Below are positions 63,856 through 64,000 of a DNA stretch of 64,000 bases, one piece after another (the first letter of the stretch is position 1; each line of letters opens with the position of its first letter). The stretch lies in contig JAWLHJ010000002.1 of NCBI GenBank assembly GCA_041690395.1, positions 96,001 through 160,000 of the forward strand. Direction: 5' to 3'. The translations under genes and the position numbers were made by a program. Source of the stretch: Longimicrobiales bacterium (lineage in GTDB: Bacteria > Gemmatimonadota > Gemmatimonadetes > Longimicrobiales > Gaopeijiaceae). Under the pieces are notes generated by a model, which was not told the DNA's origin, did no database searches, and was given only the letters and a program-made list of their open reading frames with translations.

Positions 63856-63998
63856 CCGGCGCGCTCCACGATGCTCGCGATCTCCCGGAGGTACTCGAGC
63901 TTCCGCTCGTAGGTGCGCTCGAGGTGGTCGCGAACGAAGTCGTTCTCGGGGTCCAGCGCGAGGGCGCGATACGAGTCCTCGATGGCACGCTCGATGAG
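63852..63998 (-). CDS. C-terminus of a helical protein, possibly an anti-sigma factor (truncated by the window edge)
   Basis: Reads LIERAIEDSYRALALDPENDFVRDHLERTYERKLEYLREIASIVERAG*, with a GTGA overlap into the DUF4097 gene. Confidence 0.55.
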   Translation of the reverse strand, partial: LIERAIEDSYRALALDPENDFVRDHLERTYERKLEYLREIASIVERAG

Positions 63999-64000
63999 CA

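Overview
GC-rich (about 70%) bacterial core-genome segment. The gene style and synteny suggest Gemmatimonadota, but this is an inference and was not verified. Left to right: an NFACT/Rqc2 C-terminus and a DUF421 gene; a split trp cluster, trpD | lexA (inverted) | trpC-trpF-trpB-[HEAT-repeat gene + HD-GYP gene]-trpA; a roughly 12 kb + strand run, truA-tal-htrA-purB-purC-pssA-purS-purQ-purL-purF-add; fbp, comEC, a LapA-like gene, miaB, mtaB; an outer-membrane barrel and lipoprotein pair behind alr-cdd; a 390 bp CTAG-flanked palindromic MITE-like element; mazG, a 2-hydroxyacid dehydrogenase, asnS, recG, ftsY, a vWA membrane protein and an M23 peptidase; a dcw cluster (mraZ to ftsZ, without murB or ddl); a secreted TPR protein, a thioesterase, three tandem DUF4097 genes and a partial putative anti-sigma gene. 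Most notable: (1) a HEAT + HD-GYP pair sharing an unnamed N-terminal domain, wired between trpB and trpA; (2) a candidate LexA operator (TTCGG-N6-TTCG) found both at the lexA promoter and upstream of mraZ/dcw; (3) the nested palindromic MITE; (4) a probable GTA start codon or single-base change at 40707. No rRNA, tRNA, CRISPR array or transposase was seen.
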